A stretch of 64,000 nt of DNA from a virus (IMGVR_UViG_3300027969_000084:5696-69695), one strand, 5' to 3'. Positions 47,455-57,805 are shown, counted from the stretch's first letter. Program-made: numbers and translations. The notes: a model not told the origin generated them from the sequence alone.

Positions 47455-47504
47455 CATATATACCCATGGGGTATATTATTCTGTATAAAAATATGGGGCT
47501 TATA

Positions 47505-48347
47505 ATGAAAATCGATCTAATTTCCGATATCCATTTGGAAGCAGCCCCGTTTGAATTAACGGGCGGGGACATTCTCATATTGTCTGGAGACATATGCGAA
47601 TCTCGCAAATTGGTTAGAGACTGTTCTGAAAATAGAACAGAAAAAACAGATTTCAGATATATAAATTTCTTTAAGAATGAATGTGCTAAGTATCGTCATG
47701 TCATCTATGTAATTGGAAATCATGAGCATTATGGCACTCGATTTGATAAAACGCATGATGAAATAAAAGAATGCCTTCCTAGCAATGTAACTCTGCTTAA
47801 TAGAGAATCTATCGAGATTGATGGCGTCGTGTTTATCGGTGGAACTATGTGGACTAACTTCCATAAAGGTAGCCCAATTAGCATGGATGTAGCATTGAGA
47901 AACATGAACGATTTTAGGGCTATCAAATACTGGGATCGTCGCCATGACAAATATTATAAACTAACTCCGCAAGTCGTTTATCGCGAGCATATGGATACCA
48001 TCTATGATTTTGGCGAAATGCTTAAAGCCAATGCGCATAAACCATGTGTAGTTGTAAGTCATCATGCGCCAACTTACTTGAGCATTGCGGAAGAATACAA
48101 GAATGATCATCTTCTTAATGGTGCGTATGCTTCCGATTTATCAGAGTTCATTCTGGATCATCCGCAAATCAAGGTTTGGACGCATGGACATACGCATACT
48201 CGTTTCAAGTATGAAATGGGAGATACTACGGTAGTTTGTAACCCACGTGGATATAGCGGCATTGAAGCGATCTCTAGAAATTACAAGCCTAGAGGCTTTG
48301 AAATAGATCAATCGGGTAATGTAATTTTCGATGACGATTGGAATTAA
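47505..48347 (+). CDS. calcineurin-like metallophosphoesterase
   Basis: SDIHLE, SGDI, GNHEHY, HHAP, HGHTH, NPRGY. Confidence 0.9.
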   Translation: MKIDLISDIHLEAAPFELTGGDILILSGDICESRKLVRDCSENRTEKTDFRYINFFKNECAKYRHVIYVIGNHEHYGTRFDKTHDEIKECLPSNVTLLNRESIEIDGVVFIGGTMWTNFHKGSPISMDVALRNMNDFRAIKYWDRRHDKYYKLTPQVVYREHMDTIYDFGEMLKANAHKPCVVVSHHAPTYLSIAEEYKNDHLLNGAYASDLSEFILDHPQIKVWTHGHTHTRFKYEMGDTTVVCNPRGYSGIEAISRNYKPRGFEIDQSGNVIFDDDWN

Positions 48348-48354
48348 ATTGACG

Positions 48355-48403
48355 AAAACCCTCATTAGCTAATAAAATGACATATTAGTTAGTGAGGTTT
48401 TTT
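48355..48403 (+). promoter_or_regulatory. long hairpin covering the primase SD, with U-tract
   Basis: 15 contiguous pairs (2 G-U) plus an outer A/U stem; right arm contains GAGG. Confidence 0.55.
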
Positions 48404-48404
48404 C

Positions 48405-49478
48405 GTGAGCAATATGCTTGATACAATAATTGCGGACGACTTTATGTGGTCGGCAATTCAATCGCATATTTCAGGGCGCGTTAGGCAGACTAGTACCGAT
48501 TTCATTGGATTAAATTGCCCAGTTTGCCATTTATTTGGCGAAAGCACTGACACGCGCAAGCGTTGTGGTGTCAAAAAAAATCCAGATGGTGTTGGAGTTA
48601 ATTGCTTCAATTGTGGATTTAAAGCTCGTTTCGGTATTGGCAAAAATATAAGCAAACGGATGCGAACATTTTTAAGTGCATTAGGTGCATCCGAACGAGA
48701 GATTTCTCAATTAAATCTAAAAGCGATGCAATATAGACGAATGATTGGAAGCAATGAAAGCGTTCAATCAATCATATCAGTACCATTTCAGCAAAATTAC
48801 CAAGAAGTTTCTTTACCAAATGGGGCAAAGAGTTTCCTTGAATGGGCGGAAAGCGGTTGTTATGATTCAGATTTCATAGATGTAGTAGATTATTTGTTCT
48901 CTCGCGGAGATGATATTTCCACAGCGACTACCTATTATTGGACTCCCGATACAGAAAAGCAAATGAATCGACGGGTGATTATTCCGTTTTATCATAGAGA
49001 CAAAATAGTTGGATGGACAGGAAGAATTGTCGATCCAGTTAAAGAGGGGAGATATAGCAATTCATCGCCACCAAATTATCTTTTTAATAATCATGTGATT
49101 AATTCAGAAAGACAATTTGTTATTGTATGCGAGGGACCATTTGACGCCTTGGCGGTTGATGGGGTTGCCACTCTTGGTGCAAAAATAAATCCAGAACAAG
49201 TTCGATGGCTAAAAAATAATAACCAAACGGTGATAATTGTTCCCGATAGAGATGCGGCGGGCGATAGACTTATAGATAAAGCTCTTGAAAATAATTGGAA
49301 AGTTAGTTTCCCCAAATTAAAAACGGGACATGGTTCTGGCGATTGGTGGGACGAAGATATCAAAGATTTGGCGGATGCGGTGAAACGGTATGGGCGGCTA
49401 TATGTAATTCGATCCGTTATAGAAACTGCGACAGATTCTAAGGCAGAAATTTCTATAAAAAGAACATTTTTATACTGA
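48405..49478 (+). CDS. DNA primase (T4 gp61-like)
   Basis: CPVC...CFNC zinc finger, RVIIPF...GWTGR, TOPRIM EGPFDA and PDRD. Confidence 0.9.
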   Translation: MSNMLDTIIADDFMWSAIQSHISGRVRQTSTDFIGLNCPVCHLFGESTDTRKRCGVKKNPDGVGVNCFNCGFKARFGIGKNISKRMRTFLSALGASEREISQLNLKAMQYRRMIGSNESVQSIISVPFQQNYQEVSLPNGAKSFLEWAESGCYDSDFIDVVDYLFSRGDDISTATTYYWTPDTEKQMNRRVIIPFYHRDKIVGWTGRIVDPVKEGRYSNSSPPNYLFNNHVINSERQFVIVCEGPFDALAVDGVATLGAKINPEQVRWLKNNNQTVIIVPDRDAAGDRLIDKALENNWKVSFPKLKTGHGSGDWWDEDIKDLADAVKRYGRLYVIRSVIETATDSKAEISIKRTFLY

Positions 49479-49529
49479 TATTTTGGTCGCAAGCCTTTAT
49501 AAATTATTATGAATTGAATGGTGGGATAG

Positions 49530-51014
49530 ATGGAAGACGAAGATATTTTCAATACAGAAGTTCAAAAACTTCTAATTTCTTTTATGATAAGCGATAAGAC
49601 GGCGTTTGTTCGCAGCCAAAGCATTATTAAGCCAGAATATTTTGATAGTAAGCTATCCGGTACAGTTCGATTTATCATAGACCACTATGATCAATATCAA
49701 GATTCTCCAAGCCCAGACCAAGTTAGAGCAATAACTAGCACTGACGTAGACAAAATTGAATTAAGAAACTCCGAAGTTGAATGGTATCTTAAGAATATAG
49801 AGAAATTTTGCCGAGGGCGGGGCCTTGAAACGGCTATTTTGGATAGTGCGGACATTCTTTCTGGAAAGAAGAATGGTGATATTCAAAAGATGATCGCTGA
49901 TGCTATGTCTATCAGCCTACTTAAAGACCTCGGAACTTCTTATTTTGAAAACCCAAAGGCTCGTTTGGATCGATTGAAGGATCGTTCTAATTTTATGTCC
50001 ACGGGATGGGCGACATTAGACAGAAAACTATACGGAGGATATACTCGTGGTTCTTTGAATATTTTTGCTGGTGGTTCTGGTTCAGGAAAATCATTGTTCC
50101 TTCTTAACACGGTTAAGAAGTGGAGCCTTATGGGTAAGAATGTCGTTTATATCACCTTAGAGCTTTCTGAAGACCTAGTTAATCTTCGTTTAGATGCTAT
50201 GATGACGGGTTTTGGTACTAAAGAAATTATGCGAAACATCGATGATACCGCCATTCGCATCATGAACTTGAAGCGGACAAACAAACCAGGTGATATCAAA
50301 GTCAAGAAACTACCAGAAGCCGGAACGACTGCAAATCATATTCGTGCCTATCTCAAAGAATATGAAGTTCAAGAAGATAAGAAACCAGATATCCTAGTGG
50401 TTGACTACCTAGATTTGATGCACCCCAATAACGCGAAGATAGATGTTTCAAACTTATTTACCAAAGATAAGTTTGTATCAGAAGAAATGAGGGCCTTGGG
50501 TTCTGAATGGGATATTCCGGTCGTATCTGCATCACAGTTAAACCGTTCTTCGGTTGATGCTCAAGAATTCGACCATAGCCATATTGCTGGTGGTATTTCT
50601 AAGATCAATACTGCGGATAATGTTTTTGGTATCTATACTTCAATTACACTTAGAGAGCGGGGAATATATTCTCTACAAATGCTTAAGACTCGTTCATCGT
50701 CGTCGGTAGGCGAAAAGATCGAACTGAAATATAACATCAATAGTATGGCCATTGATGATATGGATAATGCAGACGAAGATGACATTATGCGCGTTAAGTC
50801 TGCGGATGAGATGCGTTCAGAATTAAAAGAAAAATTATCTGGGGGTGCTCCTAAAATGGAAACAGTTTCCAATTCAAGTATGAGCATAAGCCAAATGGCG
50901 CATCCTCAACATAAAAGTAGAGAAGAAATAGAAGAAGAGCGCGAGCCTTCTGCTTCTCCAGCAAGAACTAATATTCAATCATTAATTAGTAAAGTAAGAA
51001 AAGGTGAAATGTGA
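49530..51014 (+). CDS. replicative DNA helicase (T4 gp41/DnaB-like)
   Basis: STGW..LD, GGSGSGKS, ITLE, VVDYLD, SASQLNR, KTR. Confidence 0.93.
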   Translation: MEDEDIFNTEVQKLLISFMISDKTAFVRSQSIIKPEYFDSKLSGTVRFIIDHYDQYQDSPSPDQVRAITSTDVDKIELRNSEVEWYLKNIEKFCRGRGLETAILDSADILSGKKNGDIQKMIADAMSISLLKDLGTSYFENPKARLDRLKDRSNFMSTGWATLDRKLYGGYTRGSLNIFAGGSGSGKSLFLLNTVKKWSLMGKNVVYITLELSEDLVNLRLDAMMTGFGTKEIMRNIDDTAIRIMNLKRTNKPGDIKVKKLPEAGTTANHIRAYLKEYEVQEDKKPDILVVDYLDLMHPNNAKIDVSNLFTKDKFVSEEMRALGSEWDIPVVSASQLNRSSVDAQEFDHSHIAGGISKINTADNVFGIYTSITLRERGIYSLQMLKTRSSSSVGEKIELKYNINSMAIDDMDNADEDDIMRVKSADEMRSELKEKLSGGAPKMETVSNSSMSISQMAHPQHKSREEIEEEREPSASPARTNIQSLISKVRKGEM

Positions 51015-51247
51015 ATATAATTGACGTTTTTGATAGTATAATTCAGAATACGGCTGTTTCTAAAATAGCAATTGAAGATCATGATATTGATTTGAATGAA
51101 GAAATTTTCAATGAATTAAAATTAGAACATACGATGTTGGTATTATCTTTGATAACATTTGTCGAAAAAAATGCGGTGTTATTGCGATCAGAATTGCTAA
51201 ATGGCAAAGAACCACCAAAATTATGGACTAATGTCTTTATAAAATAA
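51011..51247 (+). CDS. hypothetical protein
   Basis: GTGA coupling to the helicase. Confidence 0.6.
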   Translation: MNIIDVFDSIIQNTAVSKIAIEDHDIDLNEEIFNELKLEHTMLVLSLITFVEKNAVLLRSELLNGKEPPKLWTNVFIK

Positions 51248-51280
51248 CTCACTAGCATGCGAACTCGTATAAATATCTAA

Positions 51281-51589
51281 ATGAATGATTCGCATAATAC
51301 CAACCATCAGATGAAGAGCTTCATAGTACTAACGGAAGAGCTACTTGCCCATTATTCAAAGGCAACTCTTCCGACAGAACTTGAGCCTATTTCAGAAGAA
51401 CATGCTGAAATATTTGAACATCCAATGGTCAATGAATGCAAGAATATAGTATTTAAACTTAGAGCATTTATGGAAGATGCTTCCGGTGGCGATTATGCTC
51501 TTGGTATAGAAATTGGTATGCAGCGCGCTGCGGATATGATTGAAAATCTTATCAAGCGTTATGAACAGAAGGACGATAATTTTGAATAA
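51281..51589 (+). CDS. late protein
   Basis: TATAAATA-N5-ATG. Confidence 0.7.
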   Translation: MNDSHNTNHQMKSFIVLTEELLAHYSKATLPTELEPISEEHAEIFEHPMVNECKNIVFKLRAFMEDASGGDYALGIEIGMQRAADMIENLIKRYEQKDDNFE

Positions 51590-51842
51590 TCATAAATTTC
51601 GTAGCATAGTAGAAGAACTATCAGATTATGCGCCAGCAAAAGATCGTGATCTTTTTATCGAAAGCCGCGCTCAACAAGTTTTGGCTAGTGTTGGTCATTT
51701 GATGCGACTGATACGCGAAAGTTATGATTCTGAAACAGCAGACGATCTTCAGAAGCGTTTAGTTAATGCCATCCGCACCGAAGATGAAATGAAATTCAGA
51801 AGAAAGATAAGACAAATACGAGAATCTAAGGAACAAAAATAA
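51582..51842 (+). CDS. small helical late protein
   Basis: RSI.EEL...IESRA...KF.R.IR pattern; TTG start after AAGGA. Confidence 0.7.
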   Translation: MNNHKFRSIVEELSDYAPAKDRDLFIESRAQQVLASVGHLMRLIRESYDSETADDLQKRLVNAIRTEDEMKFRRKIRQIRESKEQK

Positions 51843-53017
51843 TGAAAAAGTGGATAGTATCTGAAAGTAAAAAATCATTAAATTATGTAGGAAATCCACT
51901 AGTTGAAAGTATTAATGGATATGTAACCAAAACAAAAGACGGATATAATGCGTTTATTTCTGAACAATTTATTGGTACATACGCTGATTCCGCAAAAGCA
52001 AAAAATGCCGTAGAATTAAATGTAGGAGATAAACTGTACGAAGCTGGTCTCCGAGATATGATTGCTAGCGGATTTGATCGTATTGCAGTAGCCGCAGGCT
52101 CTAAAAGTGCAGAAGGGCGCATTCAATTGCGAACTGGCACAAATAAATTAATGGGCGATTGGAAAATATATGGAGCTAGAGAAAAAGGCGCAGGAAATCT
52201 TAGCCCATCATCAAAAAGCCCAACGTTAGCTGATTTAGTAGATTTTTTTGCATCAGAATATGGAATGGAATTATCTGCGGAGCAACTTCAAACAATGGCT
52301 GGCGCAGGCGCTACAAAGCCATCAGAAGAAAAAAAGCCAGATGGTGAGCCAGAAAAACCGGTAAAGGAATCAACCATTATGGAAGCTGATAGTCCTGAAA
52401 CTATGACATTTGATCCCAAAGTGGTATTTCCACGGTTAGCAAATGGCTTGATAAAGCTTGGAATTTTAAAAGTTAGCGATAAAGACGGGAATTATAAAGG
52501 CGATTACGATAAAAAAAAAGTTGAAAAAGCATTAGATACTCAATCATTTGATGGATATACGGTCAACATGATTAATTATTCAAAGTTTTTACAAAAAAAT
52601 GGTATCGCTAATGCCGAAGAAATGCATAAACTAATGTCTAAGCTAAATGCAAGCGTTGATCCAAAAAGCGCCGAAGCACAACTATCATTTGTGATAGTTG
52701 CTGGATTTTCCGCAAATATCATAAATGCAGATAAAATTGATAAAGCAAAAAATATAACAGCAAGCAAGCATACCATAGATATGCATAAGTTAGTTGAATT
52801 ACTAAAAAAATATAGTATTCCTTTAAAATATCTGGTCGATATAGGAAGTAAGATAAAAAATGAAGATAACAAAGTAGAAGCGTTGAAAACTATTATTGGA
52901 GCCGAAGAAGCAAGTATAGTAAGATCAATGCATATTGCAAAATGTATTTTAAATTCTATAGTTACAGTAGAAGAAGAAAAAGATAAAAGTAAAGAAAGTT
53001 CCGAATTAATAAAATGA
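51842..53017 (+). CDS. late virion-associated protein
   Basis: TAATG coupling; several [LIV]xE sites. Confidence 0.7.
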   Translation: MKKWIVSESKKSLNYVGNPLVESINGYVTKTKDGYNAFISEQFIGTYADSAKAKNAVELNVGDKLYEAGLRDMIASGFDRIAVAAGSKSAEGRIQLRTGTNKLMGDWKIYGAREKGAGNLSPSSKSPTLADLVDFFASEYGMELSAEQLQTMAGAGATKPSEEKKPDGEPEKPVKESTIMEADSPETMTFDPKVVFPRLANGLIKLGILKVSDKDGNYKGDYDKKKVEKALDTQSFDGYTVNMINYSKFLQKNGIANAEEMHKLMSKLNASVDPKSAEAQLSFVIVAGFSANIINADKIDKAKNITASKHTIDMHKLVELLKKYSIPLKYLVDIGSKIKNEDNKVEALKTIIGAEEASIVRSMHIAKCILNSIVTVEEEKDKSKESSELIK

Positions 53018-53706
53018 TGTTTGATTTTATAGGAACTTTAGCAGAGAGTAGATTAATACCATCAACAAATAGTTATTCTCCATTTTCGGCGGAAGACTTA
53101 GCAGAACTCTCTGTTTTATACATTTGTGCTTTATGGCTTATGTATTGTGACAAAGATGAGCATGAAATTGCCATATCTTATGCTAAAAAAACTATACAAT
53201 ATGGTGTAAATTTTGAAAAATGGAGAACTGGCGGTACTGATCTATATAATATTTTACATGGGTTGACGGCAGAAGATGTTATATTAAACCATCCGGCTCA
53301 AAGTGAAAAATTTAAATTCCATGTTCCTATTGGTGAAGCTCCTTTAATTAGATGGTTAAGAGAGATGGCAAATGGACATGTTCAGATTCAAACTCATCGT
53401 TCTTTTTTTGTAAAATTAGATTTCAATTTTAAAATTTCAAATAATTCCATTCGAGCAGTAAGAAGGCTAGCGATGGATTGGAGAACAATAAATTTTGGAG
53501 AACGAAGCCTCTGTATGACTAGACTACTTCAAATGCTTCGCGTTCGCGCTATGAAGGGCGAAATGTTGCCAGCATTAAGTAAAATGGCTAGAGAAAAAGA
53601 ATTAGAAATATTTGATAATCCACCACAAGCTACAGAACGTGGCGGTGGATTTTTGGCGGCTCTTGCTGCTGGTGTTAAAGTTGCCAACAAGATTGGCAAT
53701 AAATAA
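53014..53706 (+). CDS. late protein
   Basis: F...L.ESR N-terminus; ATGA coupling. Confidence 0.7.
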   Translation: MMFDFIGTLAESRLIPSTNSYSPFSAEDLAELSVLYICALWLMYCDKDEHEIAISYAKKTIQYGVNFEKWRTGGTDLYNILHGLTAEDVILNHPAQSEKFKFHVPIGEAPLIRWLREMANGHVQIQTHRSFFVKLDFNFKISNNSIRAVRRLAMDWRTINFGERSLCMTRLLQMLRVRAMKGEMLPALSKMAREKELEIFDNPPQATERGGGFLAALAAGVKVANKIGNK

Positions 53707-54260
53707 TGCGTTGGGTGGAAATAAAAGAAGGCCGCGATGCTCCATTATATCATGCGACTAGCCTAGTTCGAGCAGTAAAAATATTGAATAATGGCAAATT
53801 TATTTCAAACTTTTCGGATAAAAATAATAGCACGATTTCTACAACACGCGATTCTCGCCTTCGGTACTATTCAAAAGACGAAGAAGATATCATTGGTATA
53901 GCACCAGTTCAGTTTGTATTAGATCAAACAAAAATATCCAATAGATATAAAATAGAACCATTTGATTTTTGGGATGGGGCCGGAAGATGGCCAACAAAAG
54001 ATCAAAATGAAAAATCCGGCGGGGTTCGTTCACATGAAGCCGAAGAAATCATTAGAACCAAATCGCTACCAATTTCATATATAAAAGAAATATGGTTGAT
54101 GCCGCTAGATGATGATTATTTTGATAATGCATCCACCGATGAATTAAATTTTGTTGGTTCTGCTATGACTACAAATATTAAAAAAGCTTATGATTCTTTA
54201 ATTTCTTTAGCAAACAAATACAATATCCCTATAATCGACAAGCGTAATATTAAAAGCTAA
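53706..54260 (+). CDS. ADP-ribosyltransferase-like protein with MRWVEI tag
   Basis: LYHAT, ISTTRD, EAEE in the order of ART catalytic strands. Confidence 0.5.
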   Translation: MRWVEIKEGRDAPLYHATSLVRAVKILNNGKFISNFSDKNNSTISTTRDSRLRYYSKDEEDIIGIAPVQFVLDQTKISNRYKIEPFDFWDGAGRWPTKDQNEKSGGVRSHEAEEIIRTKSLPISYIKEIWLMPLDDDYFDNASTDELNFVGSAMTTNIKKAYDSLISLANKYNIPIIDKRNIKS

Positions 54261-54268
54261 ATATAGAT

Positions 54269-54463
54269 ATGAGATATTCAGAAATCGTTGGAAAATCAAA
54301 TATAAAAGAAACTGCATCCTCTGGTGCCACAGGATCAGCAAGTGTAGCTACCGTAGTTGGTGGATTAGGCGCTGGATTTGATCCTAATGGGGATAAGGGA
54401 ATATATGAGATTTCTAAGAAACCACTACTTATTAAAAGAATTTCAAATCCCAAAGCGAAATAA
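54269..54463 (+). CDS. small late protein with MRYSEI tag
   Basis: TAAATA-N5-ATG; IKE then ETASSGATGSASVATV. Confidence 0.7.
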   Translation: MRYSEIVGKSNIKETASSGATGSASVATVVGGLGAGFDPNGDKGIYEISKKPLLIKRISNPKAK

Positions 54464-54469
54464 ACTCTA

Positions 54470-54742
54470 GTGTCTGATTATACGATACAATATAGCATTC
54501 TTGATCCATTAGAAAAAGAAAACAATAAAGCTCGCGAGGGTTTTGTTTATCTGTTTCGCGTTGAATCAAACAATTATTACAAGTGCCAAGAAATTATAAA
54601 TTGGTGTAAAGATGAATTTTCAAAAGAAAAATTTCAAACTATTGGCGGATCATCTGGAAATCATACCAATGTAAGAACATATTTTGAGATTATTACTTTA
54701 AAAGAAGCAGACGATGCTTTATTATTTCGACTTAGTTGGTAA
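54470..54742 (+). CDS. FKLRW-tail family protein
   Basis: INWCKDEF, ends LKEADDALLFRLSW. Confidence 0.7.
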   Translation: MSDYTIQYSILDPLEKENNKAREGFVYLFRVESNNYYKCQEIINWCKDEFSKEKFQTIGGSSGNHTNVRTYFEIITLKEADDALLFRLSW

Positions 54743-54818
54743 CTTATATATACTTTTTTAAAAAACTTTGATAAAATGATAAATAGAATATCACACTCCT
54801 TTTGGAAGGATCATTAAA

Positions 54819-55193
54819 ATGGCTTATAATTCAAACAAGGTCAATGGACACGTCGCCGCAGGCGAACACTTGACATCAAACATCGACTATTTCACAGTCG
54901 TAATCTCAAACGTCGATATCACTTCGGCATCAACCGTAAGCGGTCTAACTGCTTTGGACAAGATCATCGAAGTTGTTTCTCTTCGTGGTCAACCAGTAAT
55001 CCAAGGAACTGTAACAGGTACAGGACCATGGACTGTAAAGTTCGCTACAGAACATAAGGGTTCATGGAACGTAACAGGCGATCAAGTATCTGATCACTCA
55101 GCAGCCGATTTGAAGGACGCCATTGTTGCTGCCGGAATCGACTGGAACTTGACTTCAGGTAACGTTGCAGTATCAGTTTCTGCATCTCTCTAA
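54819..55193 (+). CDS. abundant small virion protein (head decoration-like)
   Basis: TAAATA at 54780-54785, AAGGA SD, biased codons, own terminator. Confidence 0.65.
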   Translation: MAYNSNKVNGHVAAGEHLTSNIDYFTVVISNVDITSASTVSGLTALDKIIEVVSLRGQPVIQGTVTGTGPWTVKFATEHKGSWNVTGDQVSDHSAADLKDAIVAAGIDWNLTSGNVAVSVSASL

Positions 55194-55217
55194 TATAGCA
55201 TAAAGCTATATGCTAAG

Positions 55218-55250
55218 AACACCCGCTCAGAAATGGGCGGGTGTTTTTTT
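55218..55250 (+). terminator. intrinsic terminator
   Basis: AACACCCGCTCA-GAAA-TGGGCGGGTGTT followed by a T-tract. Confidence 0.85.
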
Positions 55251-55302
55251 ATATAAAATTGTTTTCGTATAAATACTTGAACAACATACTACGGAAGTAT
55301 CA

Positions 55303-55452
55303 ATGACTATTGATCAAATATTTGAATCTAACATGTCTAAAAAAGTAATTTGGACAAAAAAAGGAGATAATGTTTCTAAAAGAACCATTTCTTCTTTATT
55401 TTCTATTACACCAAAAACAATGATTGCACCTAAAAAGGAAATCAAACAATGA
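55303..55452 (+). CDS. 49-aa late peptide MTIDQIFESN...
   Basis: TATAAATA at 55268-55275; ATGA-coupled to the next gene; below the ORF-track cutoff. Confidence 0.55.
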   Translation: MTIDQIFESNMSKKVIWTKKGDNVSKRTISSLFSITPKTMIAPKKEIKQ

Positions 55453-57095
55453 GAGAATGGATTTCTTTACTTGAAGATGAAAGCCTAGAAGATTTTTCTT
55501 TTATTGATAGTTTGACTAAAATGTTAAATATTAAAAAAGAATATATGGACGATATGATTGAAAAATTAAGCGTAGATGAACTTTCTAATTTGGTGGATGC
55601 TACTATAAACAATGATATTGATGCAGCAAAAAGCATAATTTCAAATAATACTGATATAGAATTTGATCTAGATAAAAATGACGAAGATTCTGAAGATACT
55701 GATATAGGTAAAGAAAATATGAATGATTTGATAATGAGAGACAAATTAACAGCAAAACGTTCTCGTGAAAATCATAGTATAGATGAAACTGCGGATAGTT
55801 TATCCCTAAATATAGGAGACACGGTGTTCGTTGACGACGAAGAAGGAACTGTTAAAATTCCTTTTGCTCCCGGAAATACAATTGGTGTAATGATTGATGG
55901 AGAATTACAAATGATTAATAAAGAAAAAGTTCATGTCAGAGAAGGTGTATTGGGCATGACACCGATGCCGGGTTTGCGCCCTTCTGTCGATAATGATCTT
56001 CAAAGAATGCAAGAGCTTGCTGGAATTCGTGGCATGGAAGCAAATTCTCCATCCGAAATTGAACCAATCAATTCTATGGATATTGAAGAGCCTATGCATA
56101 ATTCGGGCATGGATAGCATGGATAGTATGGATGCTATGGATGGCATGGATGAGCCATCTTACATGCCCATGATACCCGATGACCATGAACCAATGGGTGA
56201 AACGGAAGATGGTGCAGACGCAATTGAGAGCGCCATTAGCGACATTGAATCGCATATTCCAAATGTTAGCATTTCCGATTACAAATCTATTGTTGCTCGT
56301 TTAAAAGCACTAGTTTCTATGGCAGAAAATGCAGGAAGAACTGCGTTGGCAGAAAGCAAAAAGGCTAAAATGAAATTAGGCGAAGCTGACCACCAACAAG
56401 TTATGTACAAAGACCTAAGCGATGTATACGACCAAGGTCCAACAGAAGTTTGGTATTGGAAATCTGGTTTGGGCCGTGACCTTATGATGGGTAAGAATTG
56501 GCTTATCAAGCATAACAAGATGCCGGACCCTGAAAACTTAGAAGCCACTCATGTTAAGATTGGTTCTGTTAAAGAAACTAATCCAGAAAACGTGTATCGT
56601 ATGATGCAAGGCGAAGTCTGGAGTCCAGAAGGACAAGCTCGTGATTTTATTAAAAGTTCTGGCACAGGTCATACATCAATGAGCATGGGTGATATTATTG
56701 TTATTAATGGCCAAGCCGAGATGGTAGACCAATTTGGATTTTCTAAATTAGATACAGAAATTACCGATGAAAGCAAAACATATGAAGATAAAATAATGGT
56801 AAAACAACCAAAAGAAAATAAAGTTGGGACCGAAGGAACAGAAGTTACTCGTAAGACATTATTAGATTATATTCGCGAACAAGAAATGGATAATACACAA
56901 ACTCTAGGATCAGATCGTGCTGCTGCTCTCGACACTATTAAAAATCGTTTGGGAGCAAACGGTAATCCACAGGCAGCTAATCAAGCTTTTTCTAAATTGC
57001 AGAGTACTGGAAAAATAAAACAAAATAATGGTGTATTTACTATGGACTCTATGGATGATGAAGATTTTAATAATGCTATTGGCCAAAACAAGTAA
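55449..57095 (+). CDS. acidic modular head/scaffold-like protein with YodL-like domain
   Basis: LQRMQELAGI motif, (MDx)5 repeat, SMSMGDII....VDQFGF. Confidence 0.7.
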   Translation: MREWISLLEDESLEDFSFIDSLTKMLNIKKEYMDDMIEKLSVDELSNLVDATINNDIDAAKSIISNNTDIEFDLDKNDEDSEDTDIGKENMNDLIMRDKLTAKRSRENHSIDETADSLSLNIGDTVFVDDEEGTVKIPFAPGNTIGVMIDGELQMINKEKVHVREGVLGMTPMPGLRPSVDNDLQRMQELAGIRGMEANSPSEIEPINSMDIEEPMHNSGMDSMDSMDAMDGMDEPSYMPMIPDDHEPMGETEDGADAIESAISDIESHIPNVSISDYKSIVARLKALVSMAENAGRTALAESKKAKMKLGEADHQQVMYKDLSDVYDQGPTEVWYWKSGLGRDLMMGKNWLIKHNKMPDPENLEATHVKIGSVKETNPENVYRMMQGEVWSPEGQARDFIKSSGTGHTSMSMGDIIVINGQAEMVDQFGFSKLDTEITDESKTYEDKIMVKQPKENKVGTEGTEVTRKTLLDYIREQEMDNTQTLGSDRAAALDTIKNRLGANGNPQAANQAFSKLQSTGKIKQNNGVFTMDSMDDEDFNNAIGQNK

Positions 57096-57113
57096 GGCAA
57101 TTACCAAAATATT

Positions 57114-57515
57114 ATGAAAATTGTACTTGGCGAAACAAGACGTGAGGCTATAAACCGAATCCAAGAAAGACTCGGCCCAAATACCTCACGCCCAATCGCT
57201 GAAAGCACATTTTGGGAATTGGCTTCTGAAAAAAAAATCACTCTAAGCGAATCCGGAGAATATCTTATTGAAGATGATATAACGGATGAAGGCATGAGAG
57301 ATACTGCAAAAAAAACTATTACACGTTCGCAAAAAATTGGACCACGTAACGCATCAAAACGTGGTCCTAATAGCTTTAAAAATAAAAGCGAACTACGAAA
57401 TCACACTATGAACCATAATCCAAATACTAATGCCAAGGCGGCAATGAAAAGTATGAAAAGTGCGATGGCACCCGATCCTCTAGCAACCTTATTGGATGGT
57501 AATACGGAAAGCTAG
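57114..57515 (+). CDS. late protein with basic C-terminus
   Basis: 133-aa ORF in the late cluster. Confidence 0.7.
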   Translation: MKIVLGETRREAINRIQERLGPNTSRPIAESTFWELASEKKITLSESGEYLIEDDITDEGMRDTAKKTITRSQKIGPRNASKRGPNSFKNKSELRNHTMNHNPNTNAKAAMKSMKSAMAPDPLATLLDGNTES

Positions 57516-57571
57516 ATTTTAATATTGCATATAATCATCAATAAATAGATAATCACTAATGTTAGGAAGTT

Positions 57572-57805
57572 ATGCGTTTTTACGAAATATCTAGTGGATT
57601 CCGTATCCCAGTATCAAACGAAGAACAAGATATTATTGATATGATCTCTTCTAAAAAAGGGACTGTTTCAAAATCTGACTTCGATGAACGCCAAGAAGAA
57701 GTTGCCAGAAAGATGGTAGCACGGGGACTGCTAGTTCGTAGTAAAGATTCTGATGGTAAAATCTTAATTAGTACAAATAATATTGATGATATTTGGAGAG
57801 TTTAA
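57572..57805 (+). CDS. small late protein with MRFYEI start
   Basis: TAAATA at 57542-57547; AGGA SD. Confidence 0.75.
   Translation: MRFYEISSGFRIPVSNEEQDIIDMISSKKGTVSKSDFDERQEEVARKMVARGLLVRSKDSDGKILISTNNIDDIWRV

Noticed and set aside
56109-56153. 9-bp tandem repeat as a contingency locus
   Set aside because: In-frame degenerate (ATGGATnnn)5 encoding a low-complexity MDx linker.
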